Part shown: positions 1 to 7,050 of the stretch, in pieces
Layout of the letters: each line of letters opens with the position of its first letter
How positions within the stretch are numbered: the first letter of the stretch is position 1
Virus record (IMG/VR): IMGVR_UViG_3300007775_000008
Location: 1-16,029 of that record
Origin: a virus
DNA: 16,029 nucleotides
Reading direction: 5' to 3' (one strand)
The notes under the pieces: model-generated
What the model saw: the letters and a program-made list of their open reading frames with translations, nothing else
What the model was told of the DNA's origin: nothing
The model's database searches: none
Program-made: the position numbers and the translations under genes

Positions 1-123
1 AACTTATTCCAGGCGTCCTTGATGCCGAAAATCTTCTCGAATACTTTGTTGAAACGTTCCACGAAGGCATCCCAGGCTTCCTGCAGGTATTCCGTGGCCG
101 CATCCGTATCACCTTTCAGGAAA
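1..123. repeat. Left copy of the exact 123-bp terminal direct repeat (assembly overlap of a circular molecule, or terminal redundancy)
   Basis: aacttattccaggcgtcc...cacctttcaggaaa at 1-123 is identical by eye to 15907-16029. Confidence 0.95.
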
Positions 124-1310
124 GATGTGAACGCCTTCCAGATATTCGTCCAGAATTTTATGCTGAACTGCATGGTATCGCGTATCCCCAAGAAGTTGGT
201 CTTCCAGGCCAGCGCGAAGATGGCCAGCGTCGCGATGACCGCCGCCAAGACCGCCAATATCGGAAGCAGTGCAGCAGCCAATGCACCCAATGCGGGTACC
301 GCGATGGTGGAGATGGATGTACCCATGGCAGTAATAGCTGTGCCTGCGCCTGCCAATACACCACCCGGCCCAAATAATCCAATTAATCCAGTTGCAGTTG
401 ATACCAGTGTACCTAAGAAAGAAAGCAGCGGACCCACAGCGGCTGCCATAGCGAGAAAACCTAAAACCATTTTCTGTTGAACAGGCGAAAAGTTGTTGAA
501 AGCTGCCAGCATCTTATTGAGCGTGGTTACAACTTCCAAAGCGATCGGTAGCAAGTTCTCACCGAGAGTGATCAATAGGTTCTTGAATTCAGCCTGAGTC
601 CCCTTCACCTGGTTCGCCAGACTGCCTCCCGTCTCTGCCATATCATTCAAAGCCGGATTAAGTTTTTCGTCTAAAGCGATCGCGTTCAAGATAATGGCGC
701 GTTGGTTCGCGGTTAGGTTCTTCGTGTTGGAATCGAGCAACCCATTGGCGGTGCCATAGGTCTTAATAAACTCATTCGTGATGAATGGGAAATATCGCTG
801 AATCGGTTCGTACTGTCCACGGATGGCACTCTGCCATGCGGCTGAGACATCCGCCGCTGCAGCTTCATGGAAAGAACCAAGATCAACAATATGCTTGACT
901 GATTGTTCAGCAAGTTCCGTTGCTTCTTTGATTCCCATGCCCCCTGATGTAAATATTGCACCCAATGAAGAAGCGTAATCCAAATATTCCGTCTTGCTCA
1001 ACTTCAAAGTTGCTGATGCTTTATTGGCATTTGAAACAACACTATCTGCCATCTCACCGAAGACAACTTCCGCTTTGTTTTTCGTTTCTTCAAACGAACT
1101 GGCCGCACTAATAGCCGCGCCCCCCAATGCAACAATGGGAAGTGTCAGCCCTAGTGTAAGTGTTCTTCCAGCCGCTTTCATGCCATTGCCAAGAACTACG
1201 CCAGCCTTCTGCAGTTGTTGAAGACCAGCAACACCCGTCTTGACTCCATTAGTCAGTCCAGAAGTATTGAGGCTAACTTTTCCGTATGCACTGCCGAGTT
1301 GTATTGCCAT
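1..1310 (-). CDS. Phage tail tape measure protein, N-terminal ~436 codons (runs off the window start and continues at 15906 after the wrap)
   Basis: ATG at 1310 is preceded by GGAGCAGATC. I checked every plus-strand triplet of this frame from 1310 to 3 and found no tta/cta/tca. An upstream in-frame TGA sits at 1323-1325. Translation: MAIQLGSAYGKVSLNTSGLTNGVKTGVAGLQQLQKAG...FEETKNKAEVVFGEMAD...NQRAIILNAIALDE..., followed by a Gly/Ala-rich hydrophobic block. This is typical of TP901-family tape measure cores. The ORF is absent from the track only because it has no stop inside the window. Confidence 0.8.
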   Translation of the reverse strand, partial: MAIQLGSAYGKVSLNTSGLTNGVKTGVAGLQQLQKAGVVLGNGMKAAGRTLTLGLTLPIVALGGAAISAASSFEETKNKAEVVFGEMADSVVSNANKASATLKLSKTEYLDYASSLGAIFTSGGMGIKEATELAEQSVKHIVDLGSFHEAAAADVSAAWQSAIRGQYEPIQRYFPFITNEFIKTYGTANGLLDSNTKNLTANQRAIILNAIALDEKLNPALNDMAETGGSLANQVKGTQAEFKNLLITLGENLLPIALEVVTTLNKMLAAFNNFSPVQQKMVLGFLAMAAAVGPLLSFLGTLVSTATGLIGLFGPGGVLAGAGTAITAMGTSISTIAVPALGALAAALLPILAVLAAVIATLAIFALAWKTNFLGIRDTMQFSIKFWTNIWKAFTSFLKGDTDAATEYLQEAWDAFVERFNKVFEKIFGIKDAWNK

Positions 1311-1320
1311 GATCTGCTCC

Positions 1321-1366
1321 AATCAAAAGCGCCCGAACAGAAATTCAAAGAATTTCTATCGGGCGC
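1321..1366 (-). terminator. Terminator-like hairpin between the integrase stop and the tape-measure RBS
   Basis: GCGCCCGA-ac-AGAAATTC-aaa-GAATTTCT-a-TCGGGCGC (1329-1366) is followed on the minus strand by TTTTGATT, then GGAG and the ATG. Confidence 0.5.
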
Positions 1367-1475
1367 AAGTTCGACTAAAGCACGTTACTAAGAACGTATG
1401 GCGCTTTTCCCTCTCACAACTTCCTGATCGGGCGCTTCTTATATAGCCCAATTTTAATACTTATTACCAAATACT

Positions 1476-2531
1476 TCAAGAGTCATCCAGGCCAAGAAAT
1501 ACACCGTCATTCTCCGCATCGCCATGATCGATATATCGAGCTGCGCTTGAAGGGGATGCCCACCCACCAAACGCCATCAATCCAGCCAGGGACACACGCG
1601 GATCATGCCCCGCCTGGGTTGCTCCATAATGACGGCAATCGTGCGGCGATAGTTTTTCAATCCCAATTCCCTGCCCCAGGTGCCTTACACGGTCCTGAAT
1701 ACTACGTGTGGCCATCCCCTTGCCTGGTGTTAGCTGTCCTGTTTTATGGGATGCAAGAATCAGCGGACCGCTTTCAGCGCGGTTATCCTTTTGGACATAT
1801 TCGCAAAGTCTCTGCCAAGCACGACCGCGCAAATTATGCGTTGACCACTTGCCTACTTTCGGGCGATAAAAAATCATTTGTCGGTCTTGAAAGTTTATAT
1901 CTTCAATTTTCAGGATCGCAAGTTCTGAAACACGCATACCATGATCCAAAAGCAATATCATCATGAGCGCATCACGGCGGGCTTGTGGCATGTCATTCTT
2001 GACCTTGCATAATGCCTGAGCTTGTTCCTCGGTGATCGTTGTAGCCTTTGCTTTCTTTGTCCCCTTGCGAATCTCCAACCCTTGCTTCGTGCGCTTTGCA
2101 TCTGCATCGATGCCCTCTTTGACTGTGTAGCCCTTTAGGCTTTGCAAGCGGATGATTTCACCATCGGGGATTATTCCTGCTGAGTTGGCCAAGGTCATAT
2201 AAACCTTGACAATTGAAACGCGATCATTGATCGTCTTTATGCTGTAGCCTTCCCTGAGCTGCCATTTCTGAAATGCAGCACAAAGCCCCCAGGTAATCCC
2301 ATGCCAGGCATTTGGATCTTCGTACAGGTCGCCTGTTGGCATGATTCCGCATGTTTGCAAGAATTTAGAGAATACTTTCAGCCCCGCACGTTGGCCGCGC
2401 TGCGTGTTGATCGGTCTGCGGTCCTGGTAGATCGCAAAAACCGCGCTCTCCGCGGCTCTGTTTGCCTCGAAGCCTAGAGTTTGCATGTTCTCCGATTCGG
2501 AGATGGTAATAGGTTGCAAAAGAGTGTTCAT
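1476..2531 (-). CDS. int: Tyrosine recombinase / phage integrase family
   Basis: 351-aa ORF. It has the catalytic-type motifs GMRVSEL (Arg), HDCRHY (H-x-x-R) and GGWASPSSAARYI (Trp/His plus the Tyr nucleophile), and an N-terminal SAM-like core-binding region. The start could alternatively be the internal ATG at 2486. Confidence 0.9.
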   Translation of the reverse strand: MNTLLQPITISESENMQTLGFEANRAAESAVFAIYQDRRPINTQRGQRAGLKVFSKFLQTCGIMPTGDLYEDPNAWHGITWGLCAAFQKWQLREGYSIKTINDRVSIVKVYMTLANSAGIIPDGEIIRLQSLKGYTVKEGIDADAKRTKQGLEIRKGTKKAKATTITEEQAQALCKVKNDMPQARRDALMMILLLDHGMRVSELAILKIEDINFQDRQMIFYRPKVGKWSTHNLRGRAWQRLCEYVQKDNRAESGPLILASHKTGQLTPGKGMATRSIQDRVRHLGQGIGIEKLSPHDCRHYGATQAGHDPRVSLAGLMAFGGWASPSSAARYIDHGDAENDGVFLGLDDS

Positions 2532-2557
2532 TTTTGGATTTTCTCGCTTTCATAATC

Positions 2558-2601
2558 GGTCTAAAATCAACAGGGGCAGGATTTATACCATCCCGCCCCT
2601 G
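2558..2601 (-). terminator. Possible weak intrinsic terminator upstream of int
   Basis: Hairpin 2571-2581/2591-2601 (CAGGGGCAGGA / TCCCGCCCCTG, one mismatch, 9-nt loop) is followed on the minus strand by TTGATTTTAG. Confidence 0.35.
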
Positions 2602-2643
2602 TACGTGTCTCTAAGGGCTGTTTTTTGTTACGGTATTGCCGTC

Positions 2644-2826
2644 TTATGCTTCAATGTTCTTTCGCTCACGATATGCAGCTTGTTTGTGGGCATTGTTGCA
2701 ATAGCGTTGTGAATAATATTCAGTTTTGAAGTTTTGCCCACAATAGCCACAGATCCACGTGTAAATCTTCTTTGGCTTTACCTGGAGGGGCTTCGGAGTA
2801 TCTTCGCTTTTGCCTGTCCCATCCAT
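2644..2826 (-). CDS. Small zinc-ribbon-like protein (CxxC...CxxxH)
   Basis: The C-terminus reads KKIYTWICGYCGQNFKTEYYSQRYCNNAHKQAAYRERK. The start is uncertain: ATG 2826, ATG 2907 or TTG 2916, none with a good SD. It overlaps the next ORF. Confidence 0.45.
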   Translation of the reverse strand: MDGTGKSEDTPKPLQVKPKKIYTWICGYCGQNFKTEYYSQRYCNNAHKQAAYRERKNIEA

Positions 2827-2948
2827 CGCGTGAGACGGTCCACTCCTGTTTCCCACTCGTGAGGACAATCGCTCGGCAATATCCACGGCCTGCCCTCCGC
2901 TTTGCATCGAAGGCAAAACACTATGCGACGGGTCCCGTCCTCCTGCAT
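2778..2948 (-). CDS. Small zinc-finger-like protein
   Basis: MQEDGTRRIVFCLRCKAEGRPWILPSDCPHEWETG... The ATG at 2948 lies 5 nt after the upstream stop (TAG 2954-2956). The track's longer form (to 3017) would overlap the upstream gene by 64 nt. Confidence 0.45.
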   Translation of the reverse strand: MQEDGTRRIVFCLRCKAEGRPWILPSDCPHEWETGVDRLTRWMGQAKAKILRSPSR

Positions 2949-2953
2949 TATCC

Positions 2954-3754
2954 CTAGGCCATATACTCTGGACGGTCTTGAAAAGGGCGCGGCGTTTCGC
3001 CTAACTCCTTCCCGCACTTCTCACACTTTGCCGCATGTTGGGGGTTTGAATTGCCACACCCTAAACATGTCCAGCCTCCAATAGGGTGATAGGTTGGTTC
3101 TTTGCTTTGTTCTTGGTCATAGGGATTTTTTAAAATAGGCATGGCTGTTTGCTGGTATGTTCTATCCTTTGGCAAGAATGGCATATTAGGATCGGCCTCT
3201 TCAAGCCCCAAATCCCGCTTTACCTGCGACACAATATCTCGGTGAATAGTCACGGCTAGACTTGCCTTTTCCTGGTCAAGTTCGTTTGTCGCCTGCTTTA
3301 TGGCGGTAGTGACGATCTCGCCGCGTGCAATGCCTACGTTTATCTTTTCGTGAATGTCGGGGGCGGTCGCTTCATGGGCGTAGAGCAGGGCGGCATGTAA
3401 AGCCGTCACGATGATGAAGCCATAAGTCATCCATTGCCCGATGTCGCCCGCTTCGATCTGTCCGCTGGATAAGATAACTTCGGCGGCCACCATGCCAAGA
3501 GTGCCAATGAATGCCACAATAAAACCAATGGCTGAGCTTGCATATTGACCTGTACTCTCGGACGTGAACACAAATGCCAAAGCCCAACACATCGCCGCAA
3601 TGTCAAACATGACAAGTCCCCACATGCGATTTATGAGACTATCCGGGAAGATGCGGGCAAGTGCGGAGTAGGTGAGGGACATTAGCAGCGCCAGGACTGC
3701 GATCCCGAACACTGCGAAGATATATTTACTTGCTGTTTGCAAAACTTTTTTCAT
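2954..3754 (-). CDS. Integral membrane protein (about 4 TM helices) with a C-terminal zinc ribbon
   Basis: The ATG at 3754 overlaps the upstream TGA (ATGA) and is preceded by AAGGA 7 nt upstream. The track start at 3772 is a TTG. The N-terminal half has hydrophobic helices and the C-terminus reads GGWTCLGCGNSNPQHAAKCEKCGKELG. Confidence 0.7.
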   Translation of the reverse strand: MKKVLQTASKYIFAVFGIAVLALLMSLTYSALARIFPDSLINRMWGLVMFDIAAMCWALAFVFTSESTGQYASSAIGFIVAFIGTLGMVAAEVILSSGQIEAGDIGQWMTYGFIIVTALHAALLYAHEATAPDIHEKINVGIARGEIVTTAIKQATNELDQEKASLAVTIHRDIVSQVKRDLGLEEADPNMPFLPKDRTYQQTAMPILKNPYDQEQSKEPTYHPIGGWTCLGCGNSNPQHAAKCEKCGKELGETPRPFQDRPEYMA

Positions 3755-4128
3755 GGGGTTATCCTTTCGCAATAGTGCGAATTTATCCAGCCTGTGAAAT
3801 TTTCAAACTGGACTTTTACCCAAGCGCCTGAAGACGGATCGGGTAAGAGAATCAATTGATCTCCCGGCTTTAGCCAGGTGATTACAATCCCTGCCATGCC
3901 TGGAGCGTCTCGCATGTACAAAGACTCCGCAGCGGTCACAACGCAAGTGCTCGGCGCTGGGGTGGTGCTTGCGGTCCCTGTGGGTGCAATCGAATTGATA
4001 GGGGAGGGGAGAGCTTGCTCAGTGGGAGAAACATCAACTGCATTTCGATCGATCGAATCCAGGAGCGATCCGCTGCAAGCCAAAGAAGACAGGGCGAGAA
4101 AGACCGCGATTAGTAATATCCTATTCAT
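3751..4128 (-). CDS. Lipoprotein with a bacterial SH3 (SH3b) domain
   Basis: MNRILLIAVFLALSSLAC is a signal peptide with a lipobox Cys. The C-terminus, LYMRDAPGMAGIVITWLKPGDQLILLPDPSSGAWVKVQFENFTGWINSHY, is SH3b-like. The ATG at 4128 lies 4 nt after the upstream TGA, so the longer track start is unlikely. Confidence 0.7.
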   Translation of the reverse strand: MNRILLIAVFLALSSLACSGSLLDSIDRNAVDVSPTEQALPSPINSIAPTGTASTTPAPSTCVVTAAESLYMRDAPGMAGIVITWLKPGDQLILLPDPSSGAWVKVQFENFTGWINSHYCERITP

Positions 4129-4132
4129 AATG

Positions 4133-4489
4133 TCACCCTGTAATTTCACGCGGGTAGCTTGTTCCACCAGGCGAATGGAACACTCCGCCAATCGCAGCTA
4201 TTTTATGGCTTGCCGATGAAACTGCCTCCAACATAAATTGATTCGCGATCGCTTTGACTTTTCCATCTTTTTCAGTTTCACTATCCCAAGTTGTTAAGAT
4301 GGCTATATCTTGCAGTAAGTCCAACGCATCCTTTTTGGCCCCAATCTTTTCGAGATAAGCTGCTAATGCCTCGAAAGCCGTATCCTTAATCGCGCTCAAA
4401 AATTCTTGAGAAAACACTGGCTCTTCAAATGCTGGACCTGCAATGTCAATTTCCCTAGCTTTCCGATCAACATCATTTTTCTTTTTCAT
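4133..4489 (-). CDS. Hypothetical protein (118 aa)
   Basis: It has a strong RBS (AGGAGTAAATC-ATG) and is the first gene after a regulatory intergenic region. I recognise no motif. Confidence 0.65.
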   Translation of the reverse strand: MKKKNDVDRKAREIDIAGPAFEEPVFSQEFLSAIKDTAFEALAAYLEKIGAKKDALDLLQDIAILTTWDSETEKDGKVKAIANQFMLEAVSSASHKIAAIGGVFHSPGGTSYPREITG

Positions 4490-4521
4490 GATTTACTCCT
4501 ACCTGTTACCAGGCTGATTTA

Positions 4522-4530
4522 TGCTAAAAT
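4522..4530 (+). promoter_or_regulatory. Extended -10 promoter element on the plus strand (TGCTAAAAT)
   Basis: TGn-TAAAAT lies at 4522-4530. The -35 is poor (CCTGTT at a 17-bp spacing). Confidence 0.35.
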
Positions 4531-4536
4531 TCTTAT

Positions 4537-4598
4537 GGATGTTTTGACCTGCCCACTCAGGTCAGACACTAGGCTGCCTCGCTAGGGGCAGCTTTTTT
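4537..4598 (+). ncRNA. Candidate ~60-nt plus-strand small RNA, antisense to the leader of the 4489 operon
   Basis: Hairpin 1 is TGACCTG-cccact-CAGGTCA (4545-4564). Hairpin 2 is GCTGCCTC-gcta-GGGGCAGC (4573-4592) followed by TTTTTTGTTTT. There is no plus-strand CDS here. Confidence 0.4.
4573..4598 (+). terminator. Plus-strand intrinsic terminator
   Basis: An 8-bp GC-rich stem (one G-T pair) with a 4-nt loop is followed by T6. On the minus strand it has no U-tract. Confidence 0.6.
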
Positions 4599-4699
4599 GT
4601 TTTCTTTTTCTTGCCCCTGTCCGTATCATCAATACCCAGGCTAAGAACCAGAGCGCACGATGAACGGTTATTCAGTTGTTAATGTGCGGGGTCTTTTCT

Positions 4700-4769
4700 T
4701 TGGTAATGAGTAAAAAGTAAAAATAATACGCCTTGCGGCGGCTCTTACTCTTTACATTGGTAAAGAGTA
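4700..4769. promoter_or_regulatory. Operator-like repeats TTGGTAA(T/A)GAGTA, one embedded in a 10-bp perfect palindrome
   Basis: TTGGTAATGAGTA lies at 4700-4712 and TTGGTAAAGAGTA at 4757-4769. TACTCTTTAC-attg-GTAAAGAGTA spans 4746-4769. The repeats sit between the terminator and the next operon. Confidence 0.45.
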
Positions 4770-4771
4770 TA

Positions 4772-4809
4772 CCAAAATAAAAAAACCCCGTCAAGCTAAA
4801 ACGGGGTTT
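4772..4809 (-). terminator. Minus-strand intrinsic terminator after the excisionase-like gene
   Basis: Stem 4783-4791/4801-4809 (AAACCCCGT/ACGGGGTTT) has a 9-nt loop. On the minus strand it is followed by TTTTTTTATTTTGG. Confidence 0.8.
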
Positions 4810-4828
4810 ACTTCTCGTCTTTTTGCAT

Positions 4829-5083
4829 CTATTGATCTGCCTTTCGGCGGGGATCGTTCTTTTCCATGTCTTTAGTTCGTTTGAGATATTCAGCCACCGA
4901 TTTTTTAGACACAAGCCATGCACGGCCAAACTTTACTCCATCAAGTGTTTTGTTTCGCAGCATCATTGGGATTGTCTTGACGTGAAAGCCTAGCTTTTTG
5001 GCGGCATCTTTTGTTGAGATGAATTCGCTTAAATCTGGCATATTATTGCTTCTTGCTTGTTTTGTAGGTGAAATATTTATCAT
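4829..5083 (-). CDS. Excisionase-family / MerR-like HTH DNA-binding protein (candidate Xis or RDF)
   Basis: ISTKDAAKKLGFHVKTIPMMLRNKTLDGVKFGRAWLVSKKSVAEYL matches the excisionase-type HTH pattern. The ATG at 5083 is preceded by GGAGA-TAAAC, and the recombinase TAA stop lies within that RBS region. Confidence 0.65.
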   Translation of the reverse strand: MINISPTKQARSNNMPDLSEFISTKDAAKKLGFHVKTIPMMLRNKTLDGVKFGRAWLVSKKSVAEYLKRTKDMEKNDPRRKADQ

Positions 5084-5085
5084 GT

Positions 5086-6708
5086 TTATCTCCATTCGAC
5101 CATGATAGATTTTTCACCACGTATTATCTGTGTGCCCCCACGGGGAGAGGCTACGTTACGTGAGTTATCAGATCCATTCTGAAACAGATCTATCATGGGG
5201 TATGTAAAAAATATTCTTGCTTTATTGTATCCGAGATCGACTCTTGAAACAAATTGCATAAGCCAGGCTTTTACATCTCTCACGTTTCCAGACTCTTGCA
5301 GATCTTCGAATTGATCGCGCCAGGCGATTATCATCAATCGGATTGCTTCCGGAGTGATCACTGTTTGAGCCGCTGTGAGCTGAAGACGTAAACGATCGAT
5401 CTCCGCTCTTGCTTGCATCTTTTCTGCCTCCCGTTCTTTTAGCCTATCCTGGGCAGAGGGAGAGTCTGTCTTTTCGATGGTCCTAAGCAGTCTCTGAATC
5501 GCAATGTCGAGATCATCCAGCTTTCGGTTTTCGGCGGTGATCTGCCTTTCAATTTCTGTTGTTGAATCAAGTTGTTTTTTCGTTTCGTCGATAACCTCCA
5601 TAAGATATTCAGGTGTAAGAACATGATCAAGCACGGCTTTTATAATTTGTGTCTCTGCATTGATCGCCCCAACTCTTCTTGACTTACAAGCAGCGGAACC
5701 ATGGCGATCCTTCTTTCCGCAAATATAATGTTTCCATACTTTATTTTTATTGCCGTTGCTATGGGTCATCATGTTCCCGCATTCAATGCAGTAAGTGAAA
5801 CCCGATAGAGCTGTAGGATTTCCCACTCGCCGCGGATGATTTAGGTTTCCTTTTTTTCCATAGCGCGGATGTGCCTTTCTAAGTTTTTGCACGGCTTCCC
5901 AGAGCTCCCAGGTGATAAGCGGCTCATGATGGTCCGTGATTTCAAGATCTCCGCTCTTGCCAATGCCCAAATAGGATTTATTCTTAAAAAAAGTTGTCCA
6001 TGTGTTGACACTTGTATACAACATCCCTTTTGTAGCTTTGGTGATTTCCCGATAAGATTTTCCCTCAGCTCTCAATTGCCAGGCTATTTTTACATACCCA
6101 CTCAAAACTGGATCAGGCTCCCATCTGCTAACCATGCGCGGTATACCATCGCGCTTTTCACCAATGTTCACTTTGACGGCGACATATCCGCGGGGAGGTA
6201 TGCCAGGCGAAAAACCCTTGCTCACAAGTGACTTTAAACCACGCTTCACATCACGGGAAGTTTGACGGCGCTTTTCTTCATTGGCCAGGCTGATAACTGT
6301 TTCTACAATACGCGCTGAAAAATCATCCACAGGGATCACGTCTGTCACGGAGTGGACCATTACCCCACGCTGCTGCAATGTTGCTTTGTAAAATACGGTG
6401 TCATTATAGTCACGCGAGAAGCGGGCAAAGTTCCAAATCAAGATAGCCTGGGGGCGGATTGTTTCGTCTTCGCTTTGTTCAATCATTCCCATAAATTCAT
6501 CACGTCCAGTTGTACTTCCTCCTGATCGGGCAACATCTCGAAAAACTTTGACCAGGGAAAGGTTATACCGTTTGCAATATGCAATGATTTCGCTTTCCTG
6601 TTGTCCTATGCTCTGCTCCTGAGCTGGTCCGCCGCTGTCACGCAAGTATGCCCACACGCGAGCACCTGCAGTCAAGCTCGGCGGGGGAGGGGAGTATTGA
6701 TCGCTCAT
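5086..6708 (-). CDS. Large serine recombinase (resolvase catalytic domain, recombinase domain, zinc ribbon and coiled coil)
   Basis: 540 aa. The N-terminus WAYLRDSGGPAQEQSIGQQESEI carries a YxRxS-type nucleophile motif. CIECGNMMTHSNGNKNKVWKHYICGKKDRHGSAAC is a zinc ribbon, followed by the coiled coil RKLDDLDIAIQRLLRTIE...EIDRLRLQL. RBS is AAGGATAAATT-ATG. Confidence 0.9.
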   Translation of the reverse strand: MSDQYSPPPPSLTAGARVWAYLRDSGGPAQEQSIGQQESEIIAYCKRYNLSLVKVFRDVARSGGSTTGRDEFMGMIEQSEDETIRPQAILIWNFARFSRDYNDTVFYKATLQQRGVMVHSVTDVIPVDDFSARIVETVISLANEEKRRQTSRDVKRGLKSLVSKGFSPGIPPRGYVAVKVNIGEKRDGIPRMVSRWEPDPVLSGYVKIAWQLRAEGKSYREITKATKGMLYTSVNTWTTFFKNKSYLGIGKSGDLEITDHHEPLITWELWEAVQKLRKAHPRYGKKGNLNHPRRVGNPTALSGFTYCIECGNMMTHSNGNKNKVWKHYICGKKDRHGSAACKSRRVGAINAETQIIKAVLDHVLTPEYLMEVIDETKKQLDSTTEIERQITAENRKLDDLDIAIQRLLRTIEKTDSPSAQDRLKEREAEKMQARAEIDRLRLQLTAAQTVITPEAIRLMIIAWRDQFEDLQESGNVRDVKAWLMQFVSRVDLGYNKARIFFTYPMIDLFQNGSDNSRNVASPRGGTQIIRGEKSIMVEWR

Positions 6709-6944
6709 AATTTATCCTTGCTGTTGTTAGGAATTATTTTTCCGTTTTCGTTTTTCAAAATTCCACGCTCTAAAAGATCATTAATGACAGTCTCAAAATT
6801 TATTACAAGCAGAGACAATGCCGCATCTTGCGCCGTTTTCAGATCGGCATATTGATTGCCGCTGATTTCTTCGATAATCATATCAGGCGCTTTCCGGGGC
6901 ATTGTCTCTGCTTTTATCCTTAGATCTTGTGTTACTTTTTTCAA
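6705..6944 (-). CDS. Hypothetical small protein, translationally coupled to the serine recombinase (ATGA overlap)
   Basis: 79-aa ORF. The start at 6944 is a TTG with a distant GGAG, and an alternative ATG lies at 6902. Confidence 0.5.
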   Translation of the reverse strand: MKKVTQDLRIKAETMPRKAPDMIIEEISGNQYADLKTAQDAALSLLVINFETVINDLLERGILKNENGKIIPNNSKDKL

Positions 6945-6968
6945 AACCCGAAGCTACTCCATAGGCCC

Positions 6969-7025
6969 CTGCTACATGTTACGTGTTTCGCGATTAAAAC
7001 GCGAAACATGTAAACATGTATGCAG
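6969..7025. promoter_or_regulatory. ~57-bp imperfect dyad, candidate attP for the serine recombinase or an operator/terminator
   Basis: The core stem is 12 bp (6981-6992/7000-7011, loop ATTAAAA). The arms extend imperfectly (CTGCTACATGTT vs the reverse complement of AAACATGTATGCAG). There are three ACATGT palindromes. An outer clamp AAAACCCG(6943-6950)...CGGGTTTT(7033-7040) encloses the region. Confidence 0.4.
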
Positions 7026-7050
7026 TATGCAACGGGTTTTTAATTAAATG

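Noticed and set aside
19-1446. Plus-strand ORFs 19..480, 994..1221 and 1240..1446, and minus-strand ORFs 158..382 and 713..961
   Set aside because: They lie antisense to or out of frame with the continuous, well-motivated tape-measure ORF (1310 down to 1). Their translations are low-complexity (Ala/Pro/Ser-rich) and they have no RBS.
1547-1966. Plus-strand 139-aa ORF inside the integrase gene, and similar shadows at 5869..6231, 7159..7410, 8564..8830, 11400..11828, 12427..12813 and 14607..14885
   Set aside because: They are antisense shadow ORFs within long minus-strand genes that have clear family motifs.
4672-4929. Minus-strand 85-aa ORF spanning the regulatory spacer
   Set aside because: It runs through the intrinsic terminator and the operator repeats and overlaps the excisionase-like gene out of frame. 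It has a basic, low-complexity translation and no RBS.
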